A DNA stretch of 64,000 nt from a bacterium (GCA_018822805.1 JAHJJU010000101.1:1956-65955); one strand, 5' to 3'; shown: positions 1-9,814, counted from the first letter of the stretch. Translations and numbers: made by a program. The notes: generated by a model from the sequence alone, not told the origin.

Positions 1-380
1 ACTTGGGCTGTTTTTGGAAAGGTCGGTAACAGCTCATTAATCTTCTCGGCAACCCTATCACGAGAGAAGTAAATATCATGCCCCTCTTCAAAAATAACAT
101 AGACCAAAGCGTTCTCAAACGAACTAAAAGCCCGAACCGTCTTTGCTCCTGCCACCGACATTAGAGCATTGGTCAATGGGTAGATAATCTGGTCTTCAAT
201 AAGCTGAGGAGACTGCCCCTGCCACTTCACCGAGACAATAATCTGTGGAGGAGTCAAATCAGGCAAAGCATCTAAAGGTGTCTCTTTAATAGCCCATAGT
301 GACCCTAAAAGCAGTAGTATGGTCGTGGCGATGATTAAAAATCGGTTTTTCCATGAAAAGTTTATGAGAGATTCTATCAT
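1..380 (-). CDS. CusA/CzcA-family heavy-metal efflux RND permease, N-terminal part (runs off left edge)
   Basis: Manual translation from ATG at 378-380 (RBS GGAG at 387-390): MIESLINFSWKNRFLIIATTILLLLGSLWAIKETPLDALPDLTPPQIIVSVKWQGQSPQLIEDQIIYPL..., the typical CusA N-terminus; open to window edge. Confidence 0.88.
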   Translation of the reverse strand, partial: MIESLINFSWKNRFLIIATTILLLLGSLWAIKETPLDALPDLTPPQIIVSVKWQGQSPQLIEDQIIYPLTNALMSVAGAKTVRAFSSFENALVYVIFEEGHDIYFSRDRVAEKINELLPTFPKTAQ

Positions 381-511
381 TGTAAACTCCTAGTTGTATT
401 AGGAGTAGTTTAGCTTTTATTTTGTGTAGGGGGTGTGGAGAGGTTAGATTAGCGAAGGAAACTCATTAAGCCTTTCGGCAAAGATTTTATTTTATGCGAA
501 TTTTTATTGAT

Positions 512-535
512 GGTGCGATGGCAATCGCACCCTAC
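512..535 (-). repeat. GTAG-type REP-like palindrome
   Basis: Minus strand GTAGGGTGCGATTGCCATCGCACC: GTAG tetranucleotide followed by a GGTGCGAT/ATCGCACC stem; its TAG is the stop codon of the 532..765 ORF. Confidence 0.7.
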
Positions 536-765
536 GCGACATTCAATTGATAATCACGAATATCTACTTTTACTCCACTAGCTAGAATCTCTCGACTCTT
601 TTTTAGCAGAACCGAAGTTACCTCACCTTTTACATATTTTTCACCACAATTGTCACAAACCAAAGCAGGTACCTGTTGAAATACAATAGTTGCCCCATTT
701 TTCTCTAAAGTCACTGTAGTAAATCCATCAATGGTTTCACCATGTTTACAAATCATACATTTCAT
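532..765 (-). CDS. YgiT-type zinc-finger protein (MqsA-like antitoxin domain), no adjacent toxin
   Basis: MKCMICKHG...VPALVCDNCGEKY: two CxxC pairs with the VPAxVCxxCGE signature; RBS AAAGG upstream. Confidence 0.8.
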   Translation of the reverse strand: MKCMICKHGETIDGFTTVTLEKNGATIVFQQVPALVCDNCGEKYVKGEVTSVLLKKSREILASGVKVDIRDYQLNVA

Positions 766-790
766 TTTATACCTTTCTTGTTTTTAAATC

Positions 791-796
791 ATTATA
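791..796 (-). promoter_or_regulatory. Putative sigma70 -10 box for the YgiT-type gene
   Basis: TATAAT on the minus strand 26 nt upstream of the ATG at 765. Confidence 0.45.
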
Positions 797-834
797 TCCT
801 AAAACAGTAAAAGCTTAAAATTGCCCATAACGAC

Positions 835-1929
835 TCATCTCATCCTATTTCTCAAATAAGGCTCCACAAAAAACCACCCAACAAATCCCCACAACACAAC
901 ACTAGAGAGCATAGAAATCACTCCAACCTCTTCATATAGATGTACCAAAGATTGAGGGTCAATCTCTGAAGCTAAAAAGAGATAGTCCAACCCCAAACCA
1001 AATAGAACACTCCCCACAACAATACTTCCCAAGTAAATATAAAGTGAACGCGTACCCAACATCTTTTTTACCACACCAATGGTCACGGTATTGGTCGCTG
1101 GACCAGCCGATAAAAAGACAAAGGCAGCCCCTGCACTAACGCCTGAGAGCATTAACCCTGCTGCAATGGGCAAGGATGCTGTGGCACACACATACATAGG
1201 AACAGCAATAACAATGACAATAAGGTAAGAGAGCCATGAGTACTGCACCAAAATATCACTTAAGTTTTGAGGAATAGCCACGGTGATTAATGCCCCAATA
1301 ATTAAACCCCAAAACAACGGTTTAGCAATGTCACCTAAAAGGGTTAGAAACGCATATTTCACAGCAGATACAAATGAAAAACCTTTTTTCTCTGGCTGGG
1401 TTACACAACAACTTGTCACCTCTTTTGGGCTTGAAGCAACAGCAAATGAAGTTGGTGAAAAGCTTGAAACACTCTTGTTGTTCACAGCTGAAAACCTGGG
1501 TTTTACCACCTCTTCTTCTTTGTCAAAAAGATTGGTTAAAATCCCTGCTATCATGGCAATAAGCATCGAGGTAATGACACGATAAAGGGTAAATATCCAT
1601 CCAAATATTCCATAGGTCGCTAAGATAGAGTCTACCCCTGTAATGGGTGTTGAGATAAGAAACGAAAGTGTCGCCCCTTTACTAGCACCAGACTTTTTAA
1701 TGCTCGTAGCCAAAGGAATGACCCCACATGAACAGACAGGCAGAGGAATCCCAAAGAGTGTTGATTTTACTACAGACCAAATGTTCTCTTTGCCTAAATG
1801 TTTGGTCACCAAAGTATCAGGTACTAGCTCATGTAAAATCCCTGCAAAAAGCAGTCCAAACAAGATGTAGGGAGCCATGGCATTACTTAGGTCGACAACA
1901 GCGTTTAAAAAAAGTGTTAGGTATTCCAT
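835..1929 (-). CDS. SO_0444-family (DUF318 permease) Cu/Zn efflux transporter
   Basis: GIPLPVCSCGVIP, FLISTPITGVDS, PMYVCATASLP and GPATN motifs; multiple TM segments; Cys-Cys in the central loop. Confidence 0.85.
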   Translation of the reverse strand: MEYLTLFLNAVVDLSNAMAPYILFGLLFAGILHELVPDTLVTKHLGKENIWSVVKSTLFGIPLPVCSCGVIPLATSIKKSGASKGATLSFLISTPITGVDSILATYGIFGWIFTLYRVITSMLIAMIAGILTNLFDKEEEVVKPRFSAVNNKSVSSFSPTSFAVASSPKEVTSCCVTQPEKKGFSFVSAVKYAFLTLLGDIAKPLFWGLIIGALITVAIPQNLSDILVQYSWLSYLIVIVIAVPMYVCATASLPIAAGLMLSGVSAGAAFVFLSAGPATNTVTIGVVKKMLGTRSLYIYLGSIVVGSVLFGLGLDYLFLASEIDPQSLVHLYEEVGVISMLSSVVLWGFVGWFFVEPYLRNRMR

Positions 1930-1969
1930 TTTTTATCCTTTTATTCTCATGGTTATATCACTTTAATCT

Positions 1970-2944
1970 TTAATCCTCCCCATTTATCACCACATCACTA
2001 TCCAATAAAAACAGAGAGTTATTAACCACCACAGCACCCTCTTTAAGCCCAGAGATTATCTCGAACTCATGGCTGTTAATGCGTTTGGCTTCTACCATTT
2101 TACTTTTATATTCACCCTCATACTCGCTAGGAATAAAGACCAAATGTTTAGCCCCTTTGGTCACCACAGCTGTATTGGGTAAAATTAATTTATTTTGCGT
2201 TGGATTTTTTAATATGATGGTCGCATAAGCGTTGGGCTGAATCTTTCCATTTTTATTTTTAAGTGTTATTCTAAAATCAATGGTCTTGTTCACAGGGTCA
2301 ACCAAAGGGTATATAAAATCTATGCTTGCTTTATAGACCACTTTGTCACCATTGAACATCACTTCAACATTACTACCTTTTTGTATAAATGCTCGGTCTG
2401 CCTCATACGCTTTAGCAACCACCCACACGCTGGATAAATCAGCAATTTTATAAACAGCCATTCCTTTTTTTACAGCAGAACCTTCGGTGACTTGTTTCTC
2501 TACCACGATTCCAGAGTATGGCGAATAGAAAGGTAGATATTTTGAAGCTTGATTACTCTTTTTAATGGCTTGAATATTTCGCTCACTCACATCATAAAGT
2601 TTCAGTTTGGTCTCAATATTTTTTGCCAATGAAGCACTCACTCTTTTTGCAGAAAGCAGTTCAATTTGAGCCTTATAAACCTCGGGGCTATAGAGTTCAA
2701 AAAGCTTTTTACCTTTGGTCACTTTGTCGTAAATACTAGGAGCCGTTAAATTACGAATAAACCCATCTTGGGTCAAACTAATGGTATAGATTTTATCATC
2801 AGCTATCTGTACATAACCGTTATAGGTTTTAGAGTTCTCAACAGTTTGATTTTTCACTTGAATGGTTTTGACATTAAAGAGTTGCTCAACCGTTACGGCT
2901 TGGGCAAGTGTTACTAGCGTTAAAAAAAGGACTGTTTTTTTCAT
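1970..2944 (-). CDS. Efflux RND periplasmic adaptor (CusB-like MFP)
   Basis: Signal peptide; LFELYSPE, SPYSGIV, YKIADLSSVWV and IDFIYP motifs of membrane fusion proteins. Confidence 0.88.
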   Translation of the reverse strand: MKKTVLFLTLVTLAQAVTVEQLFNVKTIQVKNQTVENSKTYNGYVQIADDKIYTISLTQDGFIRNLTAPSIYDKVTKGKKLFELYSPEVYKAQIELLSAKRVSASLAKNIETKLKLYDVSERNIQAIKKSNQASKYLPFYSPYSGIVVEKQVTEGSAVKKGMAVYKIADLSSVWVVAKAYEADRAFIQKGSNVEVMFNGDKVVYKASIDFIYPLVDPVNKTIDFRITLKNKNGKIQPNAYATIILKNPTQNKLILPNTAVVTKGAKHLVFIPSEYEGEYKSKMVEAKRINSHEFEIISGLKEGAVVVNNSLFLLDSDVVINGED

Positions 2945-4143
2945 TATCTCACTCCTAATAGTTGGTCTATCTGATTCTCACTCAATGCAATCGCCAATCG
3001 TTTTTGGTTCACTGCTAGTTGGTTGTTTGTTTGCTGTGTAAAGAGTTCATAATAATGTACCAAAGAGCCTCCACTTGACAACGCTGCTTTAGCATTGGCA
3101 ATCAATCGGTCTATTTTGTTGTGACTCTCTTGAAGTATTCGTAACTCTTGATACAAAGATTTTAATTCGTGTAGGGTTATTTTCAAACCCTGTTCCAGCT
3201 GCACTTTGGTTTGAGCATAGGTTAAGCCTTGAATATTCGCTCGTTTCATCGCTTGAACTTTTTGTTTGGACTGTTTGTCATGAATATAAAGAGGATACGC
3301 CACGGAAACAGAGACATAATCATTACGGTCAAACCGTTGATAGTACCCACCTGTCACAGTAATATCAGCTTGTTCTTTGGCTGTGGCTAACTCTATGCCT
3401 TTGTTTGCCACCTCTTTTAAAACAGCCACCTTTTTAAGCTCAGGACTCTGTATTTCAAGTTGGGTGAGTAAGGCATCAAGTGATTGTAAATGGTAATTTT
3501 TCAAAGCTACCTCATCAGAGAAACTCTCTACTTTCAAGTTACCTATCAGCTCTATACCCTCTTTGGCTATGGCAATGCGTTGCAACCAGTTTTCTCGTTG
3601 AAGTTTATAGTTTTGTTGAAGCAGTTGCGTTTTAATGTACTGCTCTACAGAGTTTTTCTCAACAGCTGAAAGGCTAATGATTAAGCTCATTGGGGTTTGT
3701 AAAAAAGAGATATACTTATCTAAAATTTTCAAATTATCTTGGGCATTTTTAGCCTCTATAAACGCCTTACGAATACCAAAAGCAATGTTTACTTTTAAAA
3801 TATCTTGTTTCTTCTCTACTACCTTCTGTTTCTCTTTTTCTATTTGTGAAGAGAGTTCCAGTTTATTGGAGAGAGGGATGCTTTGAGACAAAGCCACAAA
3901 CTGATTTTGCATCGCCTCTACATCTCTACTCAGAGGGTGGTCAGATTGAATATCATTCATCCCTACTTTTAAAATGGGGTCAGACCATGTAGACTCTATC
4001 TCTGCTTGTCGGTCAATTATTTCTGATTCCTCTTGGAGAATTTGAAGTTGGTAATTGTTTTGTAGGCTGTAGTCTATGACTTCTTGTAGGGTTTGGGCTT
4101 GGAGTGACAGAGATAAGAGTAATAGGGTGTATAGAGCTTTCAT
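2944..4143 (-). CDS. TolC-family outer membrane efflux protein
   Basis: Signal peptide, helical Q/L-rich repeats, position in the RND operon upstream of the MFP. Confidence 0.8.
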   Translation of the reverse strand: MKALYTLLLLSLSLQAQTLQEVIDYSLQNNYQLQILQEESEIIDRQAEIESTWSDPILKVGMNDIQSDHPLSRDVEAMQNQFVALSQSIPLSNKLELSSQIEKEKQKVVEKKQDILKVNIAFGIRKAFIEAKNAQDNLKILDKYISFLQTPMSLIISLSAVEKNSVEQYIKTQLLQQNYKLQRENWLQRIAIAKEGIELIGNLKVESFSDEVALKNYHLQSLDALLTQLEIQSPELKKVAVLKEVANKGIELATAKEQADITVTGGYYQRFDRNDYVSVSVAYPLYIHDKQSKQKVQAMKRANIQGLTYAQTKVQLEQGLKITLHELKSLYQELRILQESHNKIDRLIANAKAALSSGGSLVHYYELFTQQTNNQLAVNQKRLAIALSENQIDQLLGVR

Positions 4144-4192
4144 TTTTATCTCCTTTTTTATTTAATTTAGAATGCTTATTTATGCGAACATC

Positions 4193-4219
4193 GGGTCGAC
4201 ACATGGGTACGACCCCTAC
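4193..4219 (-). repeat. GTAG-type REP-like palindrome
   Basis: Minus strand GTAGGGGTCGTACCCATGTGTCGACCC; further flanked by a TATGCGA/TCGCATA inverted pair (4181-4187, 4223-4229). Confidence 0.6.
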
Positions 4220-4261
4220 AAGTCGCATAGGTGAAACACATTTTTTTAACCTATTGAACCT

Positions 4262-4288
4262 GTAGGGGAAGAGCCATGTCTCTGCCCT
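4262..4288 (+). repeat. GTAG-type REP-like palindrome
   Basis: GTAGGGGAAGAGCCATGTCTCTGCCCT; near-identical copies at 56997-57023 (1 mismatch) and 58957-58983 (minus strand, 2 mismatches). Confidence 0.75.
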
Positions 4289-4320
4289 TCATTCACACAA
4301 AATAAAACCCACAAAACCCG

Positions 4321-4716
4321 TTAAAGTATCACCGAACTAGCATGCTTATACTTCTTTCCATCTTTCTCAATAAAAATCTTCACCTGCCACGTACCACCCA
4401 TAGAAAAATTCATATTACCAATGTATTTGTTGGCAACTTCGCTCATGGTTTGTGTATCTTCCATATAGGGCATACCGGGCATTTCAGGCATAAAAACTTT
4501 CATCTCTACTTTAGCTCCTTTGACCACTTGACCATTGTTTGTCACTTTAATATCAATATGGTTGTCACCAACCACCAATGGTTTAGCAGAGCTGTACGTT
4601 ACAGCCAAATTTCCGGCTTTACCACTTTTAGTAAAGCCTTCAGAGGCACCATCGCCACATGCTACAAAAAAGAGACCTAAGGTTAAGAGTGATGCCAGTT
4701 TAAGTAATTTTTTCAT
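4321..4716 (-). CDS. FixH/YtkA-like lipoprotein
   Basis: Lipobox FFVAC; MPEMPGMPYM motif and FSMGGTWQVKI typical of YtkA/FixH-like domains. Confidence 0.75.
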   Translation of the reverse strand: MKKLLKLASLLTLGLFFVACGDGASEGFTKSGKAGNLAVTYSSAKPLVVGDNHIDIKVTNNGQVVKGAKVEMKVFMPEMPGMPYMEDTQTMSEVANKYIGNMNFSMGGTWQVKIFIEKDGKKYKHASSVIL

Positions 4717-4785
4717 TTTGAAATCCTTTAATATTTGTTGTTAAAGGAAGTATAAGATTTTATGTGTGCAAAGTGTGTGGAGAAA

Positions 4786-5943
4786 TTAAAAGGTTAATGT
4801 AAATATCGTCCCCTCACCCACTTTTGATTCAAAATCAATCCCAATACTATAGGCTTTACACACTTTATAGACAATATTTAAACCCAATCCAAAACCACCC
4901 ACTTGGTGAGTCGCTCGATAAAACCGTTCATAAATCTCAGATTGATGCTCTTTGGGAATGCCTACTCCTGTGTCTTTAATCGTAATGGTATTCTCTTTAA
5001 TAACAACGTCTATGGCTCCACCAACAGTGTTGTATTTAATCGCATTAGAAATCAAGTTATGAATGAGTCGAACAAAACTCTCTTTGTCTATTTTGAAATG
5101 AATTTCATCTTCATAATGAACGGTAAGTTGTATCTTTTTTTTCTCTGCTAACAAAGACAAATAGCTCAGCTCCTCTTTAATGACATCATTTAAAAAAAGT
5201 TCATTAAGCTCTTTAGGTTTGGTACTTTCAGAGTCCAGCATCAAATAGGTCAAATCTTTGTGTATGTCAGAAATACGCGTGGCACTCAATTTGATGCGTT
5301 CAATATTTTTAGGACGTTCTAAATGTGGAGCATTCACTGAAAGCATCAAAGCTGTTACAGGGGTGTTGAGTTCATGGGTACTGTCTTTTATAAAATTGTC
5401 CAGTTGAATCCGTTTCATCTGTATGGGTTTAATAAAAAGCTTGGCTAAAAAATAGCCCACAATCGCAAGAATACAATAAATAAAAAGTAAAAAAAGAAGT
5501 ATCTGATGTTGCAAGTTTTTAACAAAAGTTGCCACCCCGTTTTTTTCGATAACAATGCTTGCAACCCCCAAATGCCCAAAGGTGCTTTTGTCTACCAATA
5601 TCATCTTGTTGCCTTCTTGATAGAGCTGTTTTGAAAAATCTATTTTCTCTTTTATGTTCGAGATAATGGGTTGATTTTGGGCATCATAAAAACCTATTCT
5701 ATCTGTAAAATTGTTTACCACCCAGTCCAAAGAGAACTTGGAACCACTCATATGAGCATGAATAATTTTAGACGAAAGCCTACTGGCATCCATCTGCATT
5801 TGGGTACGGGTATTGTCGTAAAAAAAACGGTACTCATTTTCATAAAATAGGTAAGCAATAATGGCAAAAAGAATAAAAGAGGAACTCAAATAGAGCAAAA
5901 GAAACTGCAAAAGTGTTCGCTTCTCCTCTTTAATTAAAGACAT
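4786..5943 (-). CDS. Two-component sensor histidine kinase (HisKA + HATPase)
   Basis: H-box DSTHELNTP, N-box NLISNAIKY, G-boxes DTGVGI and GFGLGL; start moved to the ATG at 5943 overlapping the regulator stop. Confidence 0.9.
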   Translation of the reverse strand: MSLIKEEKRTLLQFLLLYLSSSFILFAIIAYLFYENEYRFFYDNTRTQMQMDASRLSSKIIHAHMSGSKFSLDWVVNNFTDRIGFYDAQNQPIISNIKEKIDFSKQLYQEGNKMILVDKSTFGHLGVASIVIEKNGVATFVKNLQHQILLFLLFIYCILAIVGYFLAKLFIKPIQMKRIQLDNFIKDSTHELNTPVTALMLSVNAPHLERPKNIERIKLSATRISDIHKDLTYLMLDSESTKPKELNELFLNDVIKEELSYLSLLAEKKKIQLTVHYEDEIHFKIDKESFVRLIHNLISNAIKYNTVGGAIDVVIKENTITIKDTGVGIPKEHQSEIYERFYRATHQVGGFGLGLNIVYKVCKAYSIGIDFESKVGEGTIFTLTF

Positions 5944-6586
5944 ATCCCACCCCTCGAATGGTCGTGATTGTCTCTTCACCTAAGAGTCGTCGTAAGTTCT
6001 TAATGTACGTCCGAATGGTGGCTGGTGTTGGGGATGTCTCGTACGACCAAACATTGACCATCAGCTCATCATTAGAGATAACTTTGGCTCGATTATGTAA
6101 AAAATAAGCTAAAAACTCTCCCTCTTTTTTAGAGAGTTTCTCCTCTTTGGCCCCCAAATAAAGCAAGTACTTAGCACTATCGTAACGCACCTCATCTTTA
6201 ATCTGAATAAGCGATGATTCATCTATTTTAAAATGCCGTCTGATGTTCTCTATACGGGCTTTTAACTCTATCATCTCAAAAGGTTTTTTAAGATAATCAT
6301 CTGCCCCCAATGCAAAACCTTTTTCAACGTTTTGTGGCGTGTTCATGGAGGTTATAAAGATAACAGGGGTCAAATTATTAGAAGCACGTAACTCTTTAAT
6401 CAGTTCAAATCCATTAAGTAAAGGAACATTGACATCCAAAAGCAGTAAATCAAACTTCTCTTTATAGACCAGCTCTTCTGCTTCTAAGCCATTAAAAACA
6501 GGCGTGACGTTATAGTTATAATATTCAAGATGTTCTACGATAACTTCGCTTAATATCGGGTCATCTTCTAGGAGGAGTATTTTCAT
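5930..6586 (-). CDS. OmpR-family response regulator
   Basis: MKILLLEDD, LLLDV, GADDYLKKPF and C-terminal TIRGVGY winged helix. Confidence 0.93.
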   Translation of the reverse strand: MKILLLEDDPILSEVIVEHLEYYNYNVTPVFNGLEAEELVYKEKFDLLLLDVNVPLLNGFELIKELRASNNLTPVIFITSMNTPQNVEKGFALGADDYLKKPFEMIELKARIENIRRHFKIDESSLIQIKDEVRYDSAKYLLYLGAKEEKLSKKEGEFLAYFLHNRAKVISNDELMVNVWSYETSPTPATIRTYIKNLRRLLGEETITTIRGVGYVFN

Positions 6587-6654
6587 AAAGTATGATAGAG
6601 TTTTTGACCTATAAAGTCAAGCCCTCTATCTTTGTTGTGCAGTCTATTAAAGTG

Positions 6655-7161
6655 TTATATATCTAACTTAATACCGAAAGTATAATTTTTAGTATCCATT
6701 TTACTGGTATCTATACTATTAATATCAAATTCTTTACCGTAATCCGTATAACCCACAAAAAGTGCGATGTTGTCATTATAATGATAGTTCGCTTCTAAAC
6801 CATAGGTAAACTCTGTTGATGAATCTGAAACAGTCTGTACCGTATCTTTAACAGTAAAATCTCCATCAGCTTTTGTTAAACCAGCTTTTGGTGTAATAGA
6901 AAAAGAAGAAGTCAATGGCAATGTATACGTTGCGAACAATCCATAACGACTGATGTCTTCTTTTGAAAACTCAGCATGTTCTGAAATATTTTTAGTGTAT
7001 TCTAGTCGCAAACCAATGTTTCCTAACACATTAATTCCTGCAAAACCGGTGGCAAAATTACCCTCTTCGTCACCCTGAGAATAGCCCAAACCAACCTGTG
7101 CAAAACTTCCTGCCATAGCCAAACCACCGGCTAAAACCAAACTCATTATTATTTTTTTCAT
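6655..7161 (-). CDS. Outer-membrane beta-barrel protein (OmpA-like TM domain)
   Basis: Signal peptide, alternating amphipathic beta strands, FTYGLEANY and YTFGIKLDI ends. Confidence 0.7.
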   Translation of the reverse strand: MKKIIMSLVLAGGLAMAGSFAQVGLGYSQGDEEGNFATGFAGINVLGNIGLRLEYTKNISEHAEFSKEDISRYGLFATYTLPLTSSFSITPKAGLTKADGDFTVKDTVQTVSDSSTEFTYGLEANYHYNDNIALFVGYTDYGKEFDINSIDTSKMDTKNYTFGIKLDI

Positions 7162-7332
7162 AATTGCTCCTTAATTGTTAAAGATTAATTATAGAGTAAA
7201 TTGATTTAAGGGGTTATGATTAAGGAAACATTTTTAAATTTGTTTGATTTAAACTTCAACTACAATTCAGGATTAAGTCTAGCTATACTATAGTATTGCT
7301 TCATAAAAATAAAATTTTTAAGGTAAAATAAA

Positions 7333-8172
7333 ATGATTGAAGTCTTTAATGCCGTCTCCAATATTGCAGTACATATAGAAAAAGATGTTTTTCAAAGTTG
7401 CACAGATTTTTTAGATACAACAAAATCAGATGAAGCAATTCACCATGATGTTTATGAACATTGTAGAAGAATTATAGAGAGTGAGTTTGAAAAAGTCAAA
7501 AGCGTTAAAGGGGCTATGGGAAAAGACAAAAAACAATTTTGTACCATCAACAGTGAAGGGAAATACCTTGTCTCTTATGTTGCTGTTGACAATATAGAAC
7601 TTTTAGATGTTGACTTTTCACTCGGTTCCATGTTTGCCATCTATGAAAATGAATTTAATGCTGCATCATTAAAAGCTTCTATCTACATTACCTATGGACC
7701 AACCTTTCAAGTAGTTTTTGCCTCAAAGGAGGAAGGTGTTAAATTCTTCTCTTACAAACATGGTGAATTGGTACAAAAAGACTCTTTTGCACTTGAACAA
7801 AAAGGTAAAATTAACTCAACATCCGGTATTCAATCACAATGGAGTCCAAAACACAAAGCGTTAATAAAAAGCTTTTTTGATGAAGGCTACCGATTACGAT
7901 TTAGTGACAGCTTAACCCTTGATACCCACCAAATACTCTTTAAAAAAGGGGGTATTTACTCTTCACCTGCAGCAACATCCCATCCTAATGGGATAGTGGA
8001 ACTCCTCTTTGAAGCGTACCCTATTGCCTTTATTATGGAGTTGGTCAATGGAGAAGCCATCGATGGAGAGCAAAGAATTCTTGATATCGAATGTACAGAG
8101 TTTCATCAGAAAACACCGATCTATTTTGGTTCAAAATATGAGATTCAACGGGTTAGAGAATTTTTAAAGTAA
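7333..8172 (+). CDS. fbp: Class 1 fructose-1,6-bisphosphatase homologue with degenerate catalytic motifs
   Basis: Scaffold motifs GKYLVSY, LGSMFAIY, YGPT, EGYRLR, HQILFKKGGIYS, LFEAYP, TPIYFGS; DPLDGS reads VAVDNI. Confidence 0.8.
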   Translation: MIEVFNAVSNIAVHIEKDVFQSCTDFLDTTKSDEAIHHDVYEHCRRIIESEFEKVKSVKGAMGKDKKQFCTINSEGKYLVSYVAVDNIELLDVDFSLGSMFAIYENEFNAASLKASIYITYGPTFQVVFASKEEGVKFFSYKHGELVQKDSFALEQKGKINSTSGIQSQWSPKHKALIKSFFDEGYRLRFSDSLTLDTHQILFKKGGIYSSPAATSHPNGIVELLFEAYPIAFIMELVNGEAIDGEQRILDIECTEFHQKTPIYFGSKYEIQRVREFLK

Positions 8173-8203
8173 CCTACGAACAACTCCGTGCATTTGGTTA
8201 GTT

Positions 8204-9814
8204 TCATCGATCCAAATGCTTTAACGAAAGTTCCACAAGACGAGACGACAACTCATAGTTTGAATCAATAAAATCAATATTTTTTACCTCTTCAAAATGA
8301 TGTCGTTCTTTATCTGTATCGACTTTTATAATAATATTTGCATCGCTATAATAATCTGTTACGGCTTTACTTATCAAACTTTTGATGTGTTCACTCTTTA
8401 CCGTTATTATAATACTCGCACTCTCTTCAACTTTTAACGACTCTAGAACAGGAAGTTTATTAAGATGTCCGAAATATGCCATAAAGTTAATTCTTCGTGC
8501 CAAAAGAACATGTTTTAAATTATCGGAGATAATAATAAAATCGATACCTTTGGCATGAAGCTCTTTGGCTACGGCCCTTCCTAAGGTACCAAATCCTACG
8601 ATAATAATATGATTTTTCTTATTGATCGGTGTAATGACATCGGACTCATAAAACTCTTTTTCAAAATAAGAGGAGAGTTTATAGATATTGTTCAGTATAA
8701 ATGGAGTGACTATCATCGTTAAAAAAGTGGTAATGAGTAAAAAGTTTTCTAAATCAGAACTCAACATGTGATGGGTAGATGCCATATCAAATACCACAAA
8801 AGCAAACCCTCCTACTTGTCCCAAAGCAAGAGCTGTTTTTATAGACGTATTGGTATCTGATTTTCGTCTTATAATCAAATAAATAACAGCTGTTTTAACC
8901 AGCATAACCAGTACAAATACGACAAAAATCTTATGAAAATTAGAAAGCAAATAGAACACATCAATCTTTGTTCCCACACTAAAAAAGAAGATACTTAAAA
9001 GCAAATCTTTATAACTTAAAATATCCGATTCTACTTTAATATTGTATTTGGTATCGGCAATCAAAACTCCTGCAATAAATGCTCCTAAGGAATAAGTAAA
9101 CCCTATCTCATGGGTTAGAATGGACATCCCTATCACAATTGCTAAAATTGCACCTAAAAAAATCTCTTCAAGTTGTGTGGTGGCAGCAAATTTTAACATC
9201 GCTTCAACAATTTTATCGCCAACATATAAAATAAACCCAACAATAAAAATAACTGCCAATATGGTTTTAACCACCACTTCTCCAATGGAAACTTCACTCC
9301 CATAAGATAAAAAAGTCATCAACAACAAAATAGGAATGACCGATAAATCTTGAAAAATCAGAATACCTACCGATTTTTTTCCATAAGGAGTATAGATATC
9401 TTTAGACTCTTTAAGATAAGGTAAAACAATTGCCGTTGCAGAGAGTGAAAATGCCAATGAAATAATAAGAGAAGTTTGAAAATTTAATTTAAAAAGATAA
9501 AAGGCTAAAAGAAAAAAGAGTAACACACTCAAAATCAATTGTAACATCCCATTGATAAGCAGTGTCTCTTTCATCTTTTTGATTTTTTCAAAACTCAGTT
9601 CTAAACCAATCGTAAACATCAAAAAAACAATACCAAATTCACCAATCAAATTAAGAGAGTCAATTTTAAGCGTATTAAAATCAAACAGATAAGAGATAAT
9701 CGTACCTGTAAAAATATATCCCAAGATATGCGAAATATTATATTTTTTAAAGATAATATTCAGCAGTGTTGCCAGAAAAATGGTTGCAAAAATTGCTAAT
9801 AATAGAGTTTCCAT
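8204..9814 (-). CDS. CPA2 cation:proton antiporter with C-terminal KTN/NAD-binding domain (KefB/KefC-like)
   Basis: EFGIVFLMFTIGLE, GILIFQDL, LGAFIAGV and GFGTLG Rossmann motif. Confidence 0.9.
   Translation of the reverse strand: METLLLAIFATIFLATLLNIIFKKYNISHILGYIFTGTIISYLFDFNTLKIDSLNLIGEFGIVFLMFTIGLELSFEKIKKMKETLLINGMLQLILSVLLFFLLAFYLFKLNFQTSLIISLAFSLSATAIVLPYLKESKDIYTPYGKKSVGILIFQDLSVIPILLLMTFLSYGSEVSIGEVVVKTILAVIFIVGFILYVGDKIVEAMLKFAATTQLEEIFLGAILAIVIGMSILTHEIGFTYSLGAFIAGVLIADTKYNIKVESDILSYKDLLLSIFFFSVGTKIDVFYLLSNFHKIFVVFVLVMLVKTAVIYLIIRRKSDTNTSIKTALALGQVGGFAFVVFDMASTHHMLSSDLENFLLITTFLTMIVTPFILNNIYKLSSYFEKEFYESDVITPINKKNHIIIVGFGTLGRAVAKELHAKGIDFIIISDNLKHVLLARRINFMAYFGHLNKLPVLESLKVEESASIIITVKSEHIKSLISKAVTDYYSDANIIIKVDTDKERHHFEEVKNIDFIDSNYELSSRLVELSLKHLDR

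Noticed and set aside
420-480. GTAGGGGGTGTGG start and CGAAGG/CCTTTCG hairpin upstream of the CusA-like gene, as a possible seventh REP or riboswitch
   Set aside because: No complementary stem follows the GTAG and no known riboswitch consensus is recognisable.
4231-4238. GTGAAACA as a possible parS site
   Set aside because: Only half of the 16-bp palindrome is present and it is far from parAB.
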